Below, piece by piece: positions 17,609 to 26,130 of a stretch of DNA of 55,489 nt; position 1 is the stretch's first letter, and each line of letters starts with the position of its first letter. Made by a program: the position numbers and the translations under genes. The DNA comes from a virus (lineage: Duplodnaviria > Caudoviricetes): positions 1-55,489 of IMG/VR virus record IMGVR_UViG_3300030106_004677. One strand, 5' to 3'. The notes under the pieces are model-generated. The model was not told the DNA's origin. It searched no databases and saw nothing but the letters and a program-made list of their open reading frames with translations.

Positions 17609-17758
17609 TGACAGAAAACGAAAAAGCAACCCTTTCGCACTTTCTGTCACGGTTCCTGCGAACGACAGAAAACGAAAAAGCAACCCTTTTGCGCTTTCTG
17701 TCACGGTTCCTACGAATGATAGAAAACGAAAAAGCAACCCTTTTGCGCTTTCTATCAC
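17609..17758 (-). repeat. 54-bp tandem repeat (2.8 copies); each unit is a long hairpin; putative structured ncRNA
   Basis: Units start at 17610, 17664 and 17718; GACAGAAA...TTTCTGTC becomes GATAGAAA...TTTCTATC in unit 3 (compensatory change). Confidence 0.85.
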
Positions 17759-17905
17759 CTTCAATCAATGGCGCAGTTGGTGCAGTTGGGGGCATGAAAA
17801 GTCCACTGTTGGGGGGCCCCACTTCACCACACCTGTTTCTCGAAACGCCTACCCTCTCGGGCGTGACGTGGATAAACCCTGACGCTGCGCCTCGCCTGAG
17901 CAGAA

Positions 17906-19714
17906 TTACCCCCAAATCTTGTTGGGCTCGCAGCCCAGATTAATTAACTGCTGGCGATACTTCTTGAGCATCGCCTTGGCCAGATGCTGTTGTGCCGGTG
18001 ACCATGTCGGGCGAGATGCCAGACTGTGGCCGATCGATGTATCGATTGCGTTGAAGCCAGCAGCGTCGTCTCGGTTCGCGCCGTCACACACCCGGGCCAA
18101 AGCCTTGCAGCAAGACTGAAGCTCAGCAACGACCTTCTTGGGAAGCGCTTTCGGCTGAACTTTCTGCGCCACGCCTTCAGCAATCTCTTCGATTGAGACG
18201 GGATCGGTAACGACCACGTCGTCAAGCGCCTTGTCGAGCACGGCTTGCTTGCTGACCAGCGTCTCAGCAAGACGGGCGTCGATCGATCCGTCTACCACGA
18301 TGTGCTGCACAAGCACGCTGGACTGCTGACCGATGCGGTGACAGCGATCTTCGGCTTGGCTGATGGCGCCGGGAACCCAATCCAGCTCAGCGAAAACGAC
18401 ATGGCTCGCGTGAGTCAGGGTGATGCCCACACCGGCTGCGCCGATGGTGCCGATGAGCACGTCGGCTTCGCCGGCTTGGAATGCCTCCACAGAGGCCTGA
18501 CGATCAGCGGCACCCATGTCGCCGGTGAGCGTGACCACGGTGCGGCCCGCAGCAGCAAGCGCGGAGCGGATCTTTTCGACCACGTCCTTGTGATGGGCCA
18601 TGACGACGACCGGGTGGTCGATCTCGATCAGATGATCAACGACCGCATCAGATTTAGCCAGCGCCATCATGTGTCGCGCTTCGCTCATTTGCTCAAACGC
18701 GATGTCAGCACCCTCAGAGGTGTTTGCAACCGCGTCGCTCAGCCCGTCGAACTCGCGTGCCAGTTCTTCTTTGAAGCCCTTCTTGGGGAGCACGATGACC
18801 TGACGCTGCTTCTCAGGCAGCTCGGTCAGCACGTCAACTTTTTTCCGGCGAATCATGATTGACTGGCGGAGTTGGCGCTGCAGTTCGTCCAAATTCGAAG
18901 CGCCATCAAAATGCCATCCAAATCTATCTTGGTAAGCGCCGGCGAATTTGACGCCGAACTGGAAGAAGCTGCCGAAGGCTCGCGGCGCGAGGTAGTCGAC
19001 AATGGGGTGCAGTTCGATGGGGCGGTTTGAAATCGGCGTGCCCGTGAGCATGATCTTGCGATCAGCTTTGATCGAGGTCGCGACTTTGGTCCGCTTCGCC
19101 TTGCCGTTTTTGCAGTAGTGCGCCTCGTCCATAATGACGAGGGACCATGTGCGGCTGAGCAGCGCGTCAGAGTGCTTGGAGAGCACGTCGTAGTTAATGA
19201 TGACAACGTCGGGGTCGGCTGGGATTTGCTCGCCGCCGCCGTTGACGATAGCGATCTCGCGGTCAGCTACGAGCCATTTCTCCATCTCGTTGGCCCAGTT
19301 GATTTTGAGGCTGGCCGGGCAGACAACCAGCACCGTCTTGGGGTTGGTCACATTGACCACGCCGATCGCCTGAATTGTCTTGCCAAGGCCCATTTCGTCG
19401 CCGATCAGGGTCGCGGGACGGTTAGCCGCGTAAGCGATGCCGGCGCGCTGATAAGGGAGGTATTCCAAGCCAGCAGGCACGGGGATGTCCATGTCGCTGG
19501 ACGTTGCCTGCGAGGCCTCGATGGAGGCGACATCGTCGCGATAACGGGTGACGACCCATGCGCCGCCGTCCTTGCGGACGCTGTAGCCTGCGGCCTTGAC
19601 CGCAGTTTTGCGCTCGCGCCAGACCTGCCAGAACTCTTGGCTAGGTGCGGCCGTAGCGACCAACTGCCCTCGGGCATTTTTGGTCTCGGCGCTCCAGTTC
19701 AGTTCGATGTTCAT
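17906..19714 (-). CDS. SNF2-family (SMARCAL1/HARP-like) helicase
   Basis: DEMGLGKT, VVCPASLK, DEAH, LTGTP and QAEDRCHRIGQ motifs. Confidence 0.93.
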   Translation of the reverse strand: MNIELNWSAETKNARGQLVATAAPSQEFWQVWRERKTAVKAAGYSVRKDGGAWVVTRYRDDVASIEASQATSSDMDIPVPAGLEYLPYQRAGIAYAANRPATLIGDEMGLGKTIQAIGVVNVTNPKTVLVVCPASLKINWANEMEKWLVADREIAIVNGGGEQIPADPDVVIINYDVLSKHSDALLSRTWSLVIMDEAHYCKNGKAKRTKVATSIKADRKIMLTGTPISNRPIELHPIVDYLAPRAFGSFFQFGVKFAGAYQDRFGWHFDGASNLDELQRQLRQSIMIRRKKVDVLTELPEKQRQVIVLPKKGFKEELAREFDGLSDAVANTSEGADIAFEQMSEARHMMALAKSDAVVDHLIEIDHPVVVMAHHKDVVEKIRSALAAAGRTVVTLTGDMGAADRQASVEAFQAGEADVLIGTIGAAGVGITLTHASHVVFAELDWVPGAISQAEDRCHRIGQQSSVLVQHIVVDGSIDARLAETLVSKQAVLDKALDDVVVTDPVSIEEIAEGVAQKVQPKALPKKVVAELQSCCKALARVCDGANRDDAAGFNAIDTSIGHSLASRPTWSPAQQHLAKAMLKKYRQQLINLGCEPNKIWG

Positions 19715-19761
19715 TTTTCTTTTCCGGTTTAAGCGGGGGCGACATGCCCCCGACAAAAAGA

Positions 19762-19818
19762 ATAGTAACTCATCCCGTGTCCATGTGCAACTACTTGCAC
19801 CTAAATAGTTGCAAATAA
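19762..19818 (-). promoter_or_regulatory. Shared promoter/operator, copy 3
   Basis: TTGCAC-17 nt (GACACGG)-TACTAT with palindrome GTGCAA-N4-TTGCAC. Confidence 0.78.
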
Positions 19819-19819
19819 A

Positions 19820-20707
19820 TTACGCTGCCTCCTCGACCTGTGCGTCTTGAAGGTCGGCGATGAAATCCACCGCCGACTGCGCTTTGCTCGCCGCCTTGAC
19901 GATCAAGCGTTTGTCGTTTTTCAGCGCCTCCAGCCAACCGTTCAGGTACTGCGCGTGATCCGGGCGCGGAGCGGAGCTAACGCCTAGCTCGACACATTGG
20001 TAAGCCGCAGCCAGCTCGGCGACCAGTTCCTCAAATGCGTAGCCGTGTTGGTTTTTGGCGGCGAGCCGATCCAGCCTCGACTTGTGTCCGGTCCAATGGC
20101 CCAGCTCGTGCAGCAGCGTGCTGTGGTAGGTCTCAGTCGCGGTGCTGGTCGCGGTCGCGTCGAAACCAGAACGCGGAGGCATCTGGATGCTGTCGGACGC
20201 GGGGCTGTAGAACGCCCGCCCGCCGTCTACCGTGCGGATGTCTGCGCCGGTGGCCGCGACCCAGTCGTTGACCGCATCGATCTGCACGGTCTCGTCTTGG
20301 CGATCCTCGGCCGGGGCGACAAATTGCTCAGCAAACTCGCCTTCGACTTGATCAGCGCGGAAGACCGAATAGCCGCGTAGCATCGGGATCGTGTCGGTTT
20401 TGGTCGGATCGAGCTTGTCTTTGACCTCGATGCGCTTGAAGAAAACGATGCCGGTCGCCTTCTCGCCCTTTTTGACTTGGCAGCCCTTGGTTGCCCACTG
20501 CTTGTAAGTCGCCCAGTGGCCGCCGCCGGCCATGAGGAGCAGCGCGACATTGATGCCGTTGTAGCGTTTCTTGGTCACCGGGTTGGTAGGCCAACCGCCG
20601 GCAGTGCCGCTCACCATCGGGTTGGTCCAGTTGCTGCCGTGCTCTTCCATGAGCGCGATGACCTGATCGGTGATCATCTGGTAGTGGTCTTTTTTTGCCT
20701 TTGCCAT
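19820..20707 (-). CDS. ardC: ArdC-like antirestriction protein (ssDNA-binding domain plus zincin-like domain)
   Basis: YNGINVALL, WATYKQW...QVKKGEK, LLHELGHWTGH..RLDR, YAFEELVAEL, HAQYLNGWL. Confidence 0.92.
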   Translation of the reverse strand: MAKAKKDHYQMITDQVIALMEEHGSNWTNPMVSGTAGGWPTNPVTKKRYNGINVALLLMAGGGHWATYKQWATKGCQVKKGEKATGIVFFKRIEVKDKLDPTKTDTIPMLRGYSVFRADQVEGEFAEQFVAPAEDRQDETVQIDAVNDWVAATGADIRTVDGGRAFYSPASDSIQMPPRSGFDATATSTATETYHSTLLHELGHWTGHKSRLDRLAAKNQHGYAFEELVAELAAAYQCVELGVSSAPRPDHAQYLNGWLEALKNDKRLIVKAASKAQSAVDFIADLQDAQVEEAA

Positions 20708-20754
20708 TGTTCTGTCTCTCCAGCAGAGAGGGACGTTGTGTCCCTCAACAAGAC

Positions 20755-20812
20755 CTATTATCCAGATTCCGTGTCCATGTGCAACTACTTGCACACAAAT
20801 AATTGCAAATAA
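20755..20812 (-). promoter_or_regulatory. Shared promoter/operator, copy 4
   Basis: Near-identical to copy 3 (CCGTGTCCATGTGCAACTACTTGCAC...AAATA.TTGCAAATAA); -10-like GATAAT/TAATAG. Confidence 0.78.
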
Positions 20813-21526
20813 TCACAAAAGATTTTGTTGATTCTCGACCAGCCGGTTGCGGTCGTAGAGCCAGAACACCAACAGGTAGCGATCGCCGGACGCGACAGGT
20901 AGGCCGCGATGCAGATTCGGGAAGCTCGGAAAGATCAGCGCGTGCCCAGATGGCAGCGGCTTGAGCACCCCGTGCCCGTGAAACTCCGTGCCGCCACCCT
21001 TGTAGTCTCCCGTGTTGAGCGGGACAACAACGCTCACGTCTGCGCTCTCGTCGTGGTGCCACGCCCCCTCTACCTTCTCTGTGAGGTTGTAGTTCGCGAT
21101 CTGAACTGACGCGATCTGCGCGCAATCCCGCTGGAACAGGCACCAGAAGATCGGGTTGAGGACGTTTTTCACAACAAAATACATCGACCGATACAGCTCT
21201 GGGACATTTTCTTTCAACACGATCTCGGGTATCTGGCGCAGCACGTCTTCGCCCCCGTTTGGCTTAAACCCGATTTCCTGTTCCATCGTCGCGATCTCTT
21301 CCACCAGCAACTTGCAAAACTCTCGGCGGAACAGGGGTGCCCTCCAGATGCCGGGGAACACTCTTTTGCAATGCCGCATCAACGGTGTTTTCCGCAGATT
21401 CTCGACCCCATCTCGGCCACGGAATCTGGCGATCGCCGGCATCGATTCTTGTATCGATTCGTACAGCGGTTGGTTCACCATCCAGTGGCTGGGGATTGAG
21501 AGCAGGTAGTTTTTTAGCTCATACAT
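20813..21526 (-). CDS. 2OG-Fe(II) oxygenase (prolyl/lysyl hydroxylase-like)
   Basis: HxD in WHHDES, YKGGGTEF, distal His in LHRGLPV and the 2OG-binding Arg in GDRYLLVFW. Confidence 0.88.
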   Translation of the reverse strand: MYELKNYLLSIPSHWMVNQPLYESIQESMPAIARFRGRDGVENLRKTPLMRHCKRVFPGIWRAPLFRREFCKLLVEEIATMEQEIGFKPNGGEDVLRQIPEIVLKENVPELYRSMYFVVKNVLNPIFWCLFQRDCAQIASVQIANYNLTEKVEGAWHHDESADVSVVVPLNTGDYKGGGTEFHGHGVLKPLPSGHALIFPSFPNLHRGLPVASGDRYLLVFWLYDRNRLVENQQNLL

Positions 21527-21591
21527 CGTTTGTGCAATCGTCTACAAGTTTGTACAATTGAGATTGTAGCATCTTGAATCACGAGGACATC

Positions 21592-21759
21592 ATGGCTGCG
21601 GAGTCAGAAAACGATCGGCGCAGAAAGTCGCTGGCGGTCGATCAGGAGACCTACGACCTGCTGCAAGACATTTGTTTTGAACGAGGGCATACCCGCATTG
21701 AGGCGCTCAAGCGAATGATTCGCGACGAGCATGCGCGGTTGTTTGGGGGTGAAAAATAG
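21592..21759 (+). CDS. Ribbon-helix-helix-like DNA-binding protein
   Basis: RKSLAVDQETYDLL...TRIEALKRMI fits a strand-helix-helix pattern; RBS GAGGA. Confidence 0.6.
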   Translation: MAAESENDRRRKSLAVDQETYDLLQDICFERGHTRIEALKRMIRDEHARLFGGEK

Positions 21760-22037
21760 TGCTGTTTGGGAAGCGTCGGTCCCGGCCCGTTCCTCAGTCG
21801 TATCGCCCGGTGATGGAAGCCAGCGAGGTCATCGACCTGTTTAGCCGGCTGACGTTGCACCAGCAGGCTGCGTTGCTTCGGCTTATTTCCCGCAACCTGT
21901 CCATCGCCATCGATGATGACGAGGTCTACATGGGTTACGAGTTCGACTGGGACGTGGACGGCGCCATGATCGTGGCGCGTCCGTCTATACCAGAGCCCCA
22001 ATCCCTCCCGGCCGGCGAGCTTGTTGCTGACGCATAG
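21759..22037 (+). CDS. Hypothetical protein
   Basis: Coupled to the RHH gene; its 3' end overlaps the convergent 841-aa gene. Confidence 0.6.
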   Translation: MLFGKRRSRPVPQSYRPVMEASEVIDLFSRLTLHQQAALLRLISRNLSIAIDDDEVYMGYEFDWDVDGAMIVARPSIPEPQSLPAGELVADA

Positions 22038-24510
22038 CCAGCTCCCGGTCTTCTGCGCTCGGCAGGATTGTCGGCGACAGCGCCGGGTTTAGGCTGGTGA
22101 ATCCGCCACCGGCGCCGGGTGACTGAAGTTGCGGAAGGGGCGAGAAGTTTTGGGCCTGCGGCGGGGCAGCCGGCGGGGCAGCCGGCGGGGCAGCCGGCGG
22201 GGCAGCCGGAGGAGCCTGCTCTTCTTTTTCCATGTCCTGCTGCACTCGGCTTACCGCCTCTTCAAGCTCTCTTCGCTCTCGGCCATCTGAAGCCGCCGCC
22301 TCAACATCTTCCTCTGACGCCAAGAAACTTCGGATGGCGCCTTGCGTTCCTGCTGACAGCATCGGAGTTTGCATGCGCCTCACTGTCTGGCTAAGTGCGT
22401 CTTTTGCAAAGTCTTGCGCGGCTCCGCTTTCAGACACATCTGCCGCGACATTGCCCAGAGCACGTATTCCCGGAGTAAACGAGAAGAAGGGCAGGCCTGT
22501 CCTCAGAGCTGCGCTCATCAGAGAGTAACCGCTGCCGCTTGGGTTTAGGTTGATTTCGGCCCAGAGGGTCGGCAGGACGTTTGTCCTGAATGCGTCAATT
22601 TGTTTTATTTCGTCCGGGCTGAAAACTCTGTTAATGATGTCCCGGTTCGCCGTAAACACGTTGTTGTAGTTGTTGACGATCGCGGTTCTTGAAATTTCAC
22701 CCTTTGTCCCAGCAAAAGCCTTGGTCATGATGCCGGCTTTGAACAGATTTACAAACTCCTCAAACTCTGCCGGGTCAAGCGCCGTCTTCAGCCGGTCGAT
22801 GACGAGGCCCATAGACTGGTTGGGAGCAAACTTGTTGTGCCCGAAGAGAAGGTTTGCAACTTGCACGGGCGTGTAATCGCGGTCAGACAGTCTCTGCAAA
22901 ATATTGTTTGCTGAGCGTTCTTGCGCGGTCCTTCCGACACCTTTACCGGTTGCCGTTGCGTAAGCTCGGTATAGCTCGGTCGCCTGCTGAAGCTGATCAA
23001 TGACCTCCTGATCCCCTGAGATGATTCCTCTCTCGATCCCGCCGTATACCGCCTCATCCAGAATTTGCTTCATGCGGATAAGCGCAAGCTCATCAGGCGA
23101 CCCTTTTTCGGCTTGGCCGATAGCGGTCCTCAACCTTTTTTGGTAACCATGAATATTCTTTAGGGGCTGGTCCTTGAACTTTGGGTTCTTGGCAAGGTTC
23201 TTTAAGCGCCTGAGTTGAGTGATCTCTCTCATGAGTGGACCAGAAACAATCTGGTTAGGAGAGATTCCCAAAGAAGGCATTACGTCTAGCAGTTCCTGAG
23301 CAACTTCCTGAACGCCTTCGGCGGTCATTACCGGCGGCGTCTCGACTTGTTGGACTGCGTCATAAAGAGCCGATGACTCTTCTTTCAGTCTCCCGGCAGC
23401 TCTTTCTGTAACCTCTTGCGCTGATTCGGCGGCATAACTTGGGATGTTTGAGTAAGGCCCAACTACCCCGCCGGGAACTTGAGAAAACTCTTCTTGAAGG
23501 GCAAGCGCGTCTTGGCGAATAGCGTCAAGCTGAGATTCATCGAAGCCTCGTATCATCTGCGTGCCCGGCTCCGATGAGGCCATGCGACGCAGGCGCTCTT
23601 CCTGCCCTATCTGCTCGGACTGTCTGGGCGTAACGCCTATTGGCGGATTTGTAGTCCTCTGCCCCTCGGTAAGAGGGTACACCGAGGTCTGAACCTCGTC
23701 AGGCGAAAGCTGAGCCCTTTGTCCGCGCCACGCATCCATGTCAAATCTTGGGAGGGCGGTCTCAACTGCCTTCTCGGTTGCTTTTCCCGCCGCCTTAACT
23801 GCTGGCGAAAGGACTGTGCTTGCGCCTCGGGTGATTACCGGCAAGACAACATCAGTAGCCGAGCCGATTGCTGCTGAGGTGCCAATGTCTGAGCCAACTT
23901 CCGCGAATGAGCGATTCTTGGCTTTCGTTGCTTCGGGCGTCAAAAGATTTTCTTGGGCAATGGTTGCAGCTTCAGTTGCCGCATATGCCGGCAGCCCGCG
24001 ACCTATCGTTCCTGCTATTGTTTTTCCTTTGCTGGCAAACCTGCTCGCAGGACTGTACCTCAACACCTCGCCAAAAAAGGTGCCAAAATCTTGCTCGCTG
24101 AGGCCGGGCTTATTGACGTAATAAGGCACCTCGTTCCAGACAATGATCGGGTGCCCGTACTTGTCTGCGTATCTCCCGCCGTACCTGCTATCGCCCTCAA
24201 ATGTCCTATGAATGACCTCAGCTTTTCCAAGGTCGTCTCGCGAAAAAATAATTTGCGCGTTGACGACGAGTCCTTCGAGAAAGCCGGGCGCGTCCTGCCC
24301 CATGTCAGTTAGCTCAGGGAGAAACGGAAACTCAATAGGAGTAGCGTCACCTGTGGCTGCGTCGTACAGCGTACTGGGCATGTTGGAAACAATTTCCATA
24401 ATGCTGGGGTCGGCTTGATGCTGAAGTCGCTCTGACTCTTCTTCGGCAGCTTTGCTGGGAGTGGATGTCACAGTTCCCTTAAATCCCGGCGGCATTTCAT
24501 CTAATGCCAT
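21985..24510 (-). CDS. Putative internal virion/DNA-ejection protein (841 aa)
   Basis: Last gene of the structural run; helical composition; (PPAA)n linker from a 12-bp repeat near 22140-22210; ends GGIGALV. Confidence 0.6.
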   Translation of the reverse strand: MALDEMPPGFKGTVTSTPSKAAEEESERLQHQADPSIMEIVSNMPSTLYDAATGDATPIEFPFLPELTDMGQDAPGFLEGLVVNAQIIFSRDDLGKAEVIHRTFEGDSRYGGRYADKYGHPIIVWNEVPYYVNKPGLSEQDFGTFFGEVLRYSPASRFASKGKTIAGTIGRGLPAYAATEAATIAQENLLTPEATKAKNRSFAEVGSDIGTSAAIGSATDVVLPVITRGASTVLSPAVKAAGKATEKAVETALPRFDMDAWRGQRAQLSPDEVQTSVYPLTEGQRTTNPPIGVTPRQSEQIGQEERLRRMASSEPGTQMIRGFDESQLDAIRQDALALQEEFSQVPGGVVGPYSNIPSYAAESAQEVTERAAGRLKEESSALYDAVQQVETPPVMTAEGVQEVAQELLDVMPSLGISPNQIVSGPLMREITQLRRLKNLAKNPKFKDQPLKNIHGYQKRLRTAIGQAEKGSPDELALIRMKQILDEAVYGGIERGIISGDQEVIDQLQQATELYRAYATATGKGVGRTAQERSANNILQRLSDRDYTPVQVANLLFGHNKFAPNQSMGLVIDRLKTALDPAEFEEFVNLFKAGIMTKAFAGTKGEISRTAIVNNYNNVFTANRDIINRVFSPDEIKQIDAFRTNVLPTLWAEINLNPSGSGYSLMSAALRTGLPFFSFTPGIRALGNVAADVSESGAAQDFAKDALSQTVRRMQTPMLSAGTQGAIRSFLASEEDVEAAASDGRERRELEEAVSRVQQDMEKEEQAPPAAPPAAPPAAPPAAPPQAQNFSPLPQLQSPGAGGGFTSLNPALSPTILPSAEDRELAMRQQQARRPGGIGALV

Positions 24511-24522
24511 AATGATTGACTC

Positions 24523-26127
24523 CTAGTCTTCCCAGCCAACGATAACAAAGGCAGGAGAATTATCTGGATTACTACCTACTAGCGGTTTCCCGGCCGCATC
24601 CCGGTTCATGAAAACCGCGCCTCGCGGAAGAGATTTCATCCACGTTTCTATTTCTTCGTCTGTCGGGTTGGCTTTGTCCATTCTCGCGAAGATGCCTCGG
24701 TCCCCAATTTCTTTGACTGCGGCCTTAACTTCAGTGCTTGTGTACGGCTTCCCTGAAGTAAGCATTTCAAGTTCTTTTTCGTTCATGTCCATCAGGTTGC
24801 GCTGCATTTTTTCGTAGACATACAGCGCAATATAGTTTGCTTCGGGGGTGTTGCCCAAAGTTGCGATGGCCCTTTGATATGCCTTAAATTCCATGTCAGA
24901 CGTTGATCCAGACCCCACCGGACGCATTTTTGTTGCCAGCATATTTGACATGCCCACAATCATTTCTTGGCCAATAACTTGTGGATCATCGTATCCCATA
25001 AGTTGTGCAAACCCGGCCCTAAAAGGCAGAGACAGCTCAGTAAGCCTTCCGGTCTCGACCCCGCCCTCCAAAAGAAGGTACATTGCTCGTCTCACCTCGG
25101 GCAAGACTGTGGCAACCTTGCCCATCCAATCATTTTGGTTTTTTATAGTTTGCTTTATCTGAGCCGATTTCCACTCAGCGGACGGGGTTTTGTTCGCCGC
25201 AGGAGCATCAAAGGTTATATGCACGACCTCGTCGTTCTTCCACGTAATTCTTAAATTGGCGTAAGACCCATTGACTATGATTGGCTGGCCAATCATTGTC
25301 TCGTCTTCAGGGACCAGCTTCCTCCATGTCATTTCAAAATATGGGCTGTCCTCTGTCATACCCAACATTTTTATTGTCTTCTTGGCGTCTTGCTCTGATT
25401 GGTATACTGCCGGCTCCCCTCTGAGGTTTGTGACTCCGTTGGAAGGAGTCGGCGCTGGCTTAGTGCGCGTCCGATGAGCGTAAGCCTCGCGAGGGGTAAG
25501 CTGCACAATTGAGTCCTGCGGATAGTGCATGCCGCCAACAATCAACCCTTGCGAAGAGATTACCTTGTAGCCTTTGGTTTTATAGTCGTCGCCACTGTCT
25601 TTCGCTACCAACAAGTCGTATTCGTTGAGCATCTTGTTGGCTGCGTCTTGGTCTGTTTTGGCTAGCTCAAACGCTTTAATTGCGACCGCGCGGTCTTCTT
25701 TGCGGCGCTCAGCTCTTCTTGCGCTTTCTTCTTTGCTGTACTGGGCCAGTCCGGCACCCATTGACCTAAATGCTCCAGCAGATGGGTCAGCCGCCAACAT
25801 GGCGCCGCCTACCGTAGAGGCCATGTCGTAAAACCGTTCCGACCGACTGCGCGGTTGTCGGGCATAAATGTTCCGAAGGGTCGGCGTGTATTTCGCAACG
25901 CCTTCTTCGATAGTAGGAACCTTGAGCCTGCTTCTGACATCAGATATTCGGGCTGAAATCGGGTCAGGCTGGAGCCCGGCACCTGAAAGGAGATATTGCA
26001 GCATCTCCATTTCATCCGGGAAATCGACCTGAACTGCTTTCCGTCTTTCTGCCTCCGGGTCTTCCGTCGCGCCGCCTTCGTTGTAGCCGCGAATTTGCTT
26101 TTCCATCTGGGGCCTGCCAATCGTCAT
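24523..26127 (-). CDS. Putative internal virion/ejection protein (534 aa)
   Basis: Position after the nozzle gene; YNEGG motif; GSGSTSDMEF segment. Confidence 0.6.
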   Translation of the reverse strand: MTIGRPQMEKQIRGYNEGGATEDPEAERRKAVQVDFPDEMEMLQYLLSGAGLQPDPISARISDVRSRLKVPTIEEGVAKYTPTLRNIYARQPRSRSERFYDMASTVGGAMLAADPSAGAFRSMGAGLAQYSKEESARRAERRKEDRAVAIKAFELAKTDQDAANKMLNEYDLLVAKDSGDDYKTKGYKVISSQGLIVGGMHYPQDSIVQLTPREAYAHRTRTKPAPTPSNGVTNLRGEPAVYQSEQDAKKTIKMLGMTEDSPYFEMTWRKLVPEDETMIGQPIIVNGSYANLRITWKNDEVVHITFDAPAANKTPSAEWKSAQIKQTIKNQNDWMGKVATVLPEVRRAMYLLLEGGVETGRLTELSLPFRAGFAQLMGYDDPQVIGQEMIVGMSNMLATKMRPVGSGSTSDMEFKAYQRAIATLGNTPEANYIALYVYEKMQRNLMDMNEKELEMLTSGKPYTSTEVKAAVKEIGDRGIFARMDKANPTDEEIETWMKSLPRGAVFMNRDAAGKPLVGSNPDNSPAFVIVGWED

Positions 26128-26130
26128 CGG

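Noticed and set aside
17496-17943. ORFs spanning the 54-bp repeat (17518-17943 plus; 17496-17915 and 17576-17764 minus)
   Set aside because: A 54-nt period keeps several frames open automatically; variation follows RNA pairing and no clear RBS is present. The repeat also has no unique spacers, so it is not CRISPR.
22140-22210. 12-bp GC-rich tandem repeat as a regulatory element
   Set aside because: It encodes the (PPAA)n linker of the 841-aa protein.
22364-22374. Possible self-target of the array unit at 9542-9568 (GGAGTTTGCAT)
   Set aside because: Only about 11 of 18 nt match contiguously, which is expected by chance in 55 kb; a systematic search was not possible by eye.
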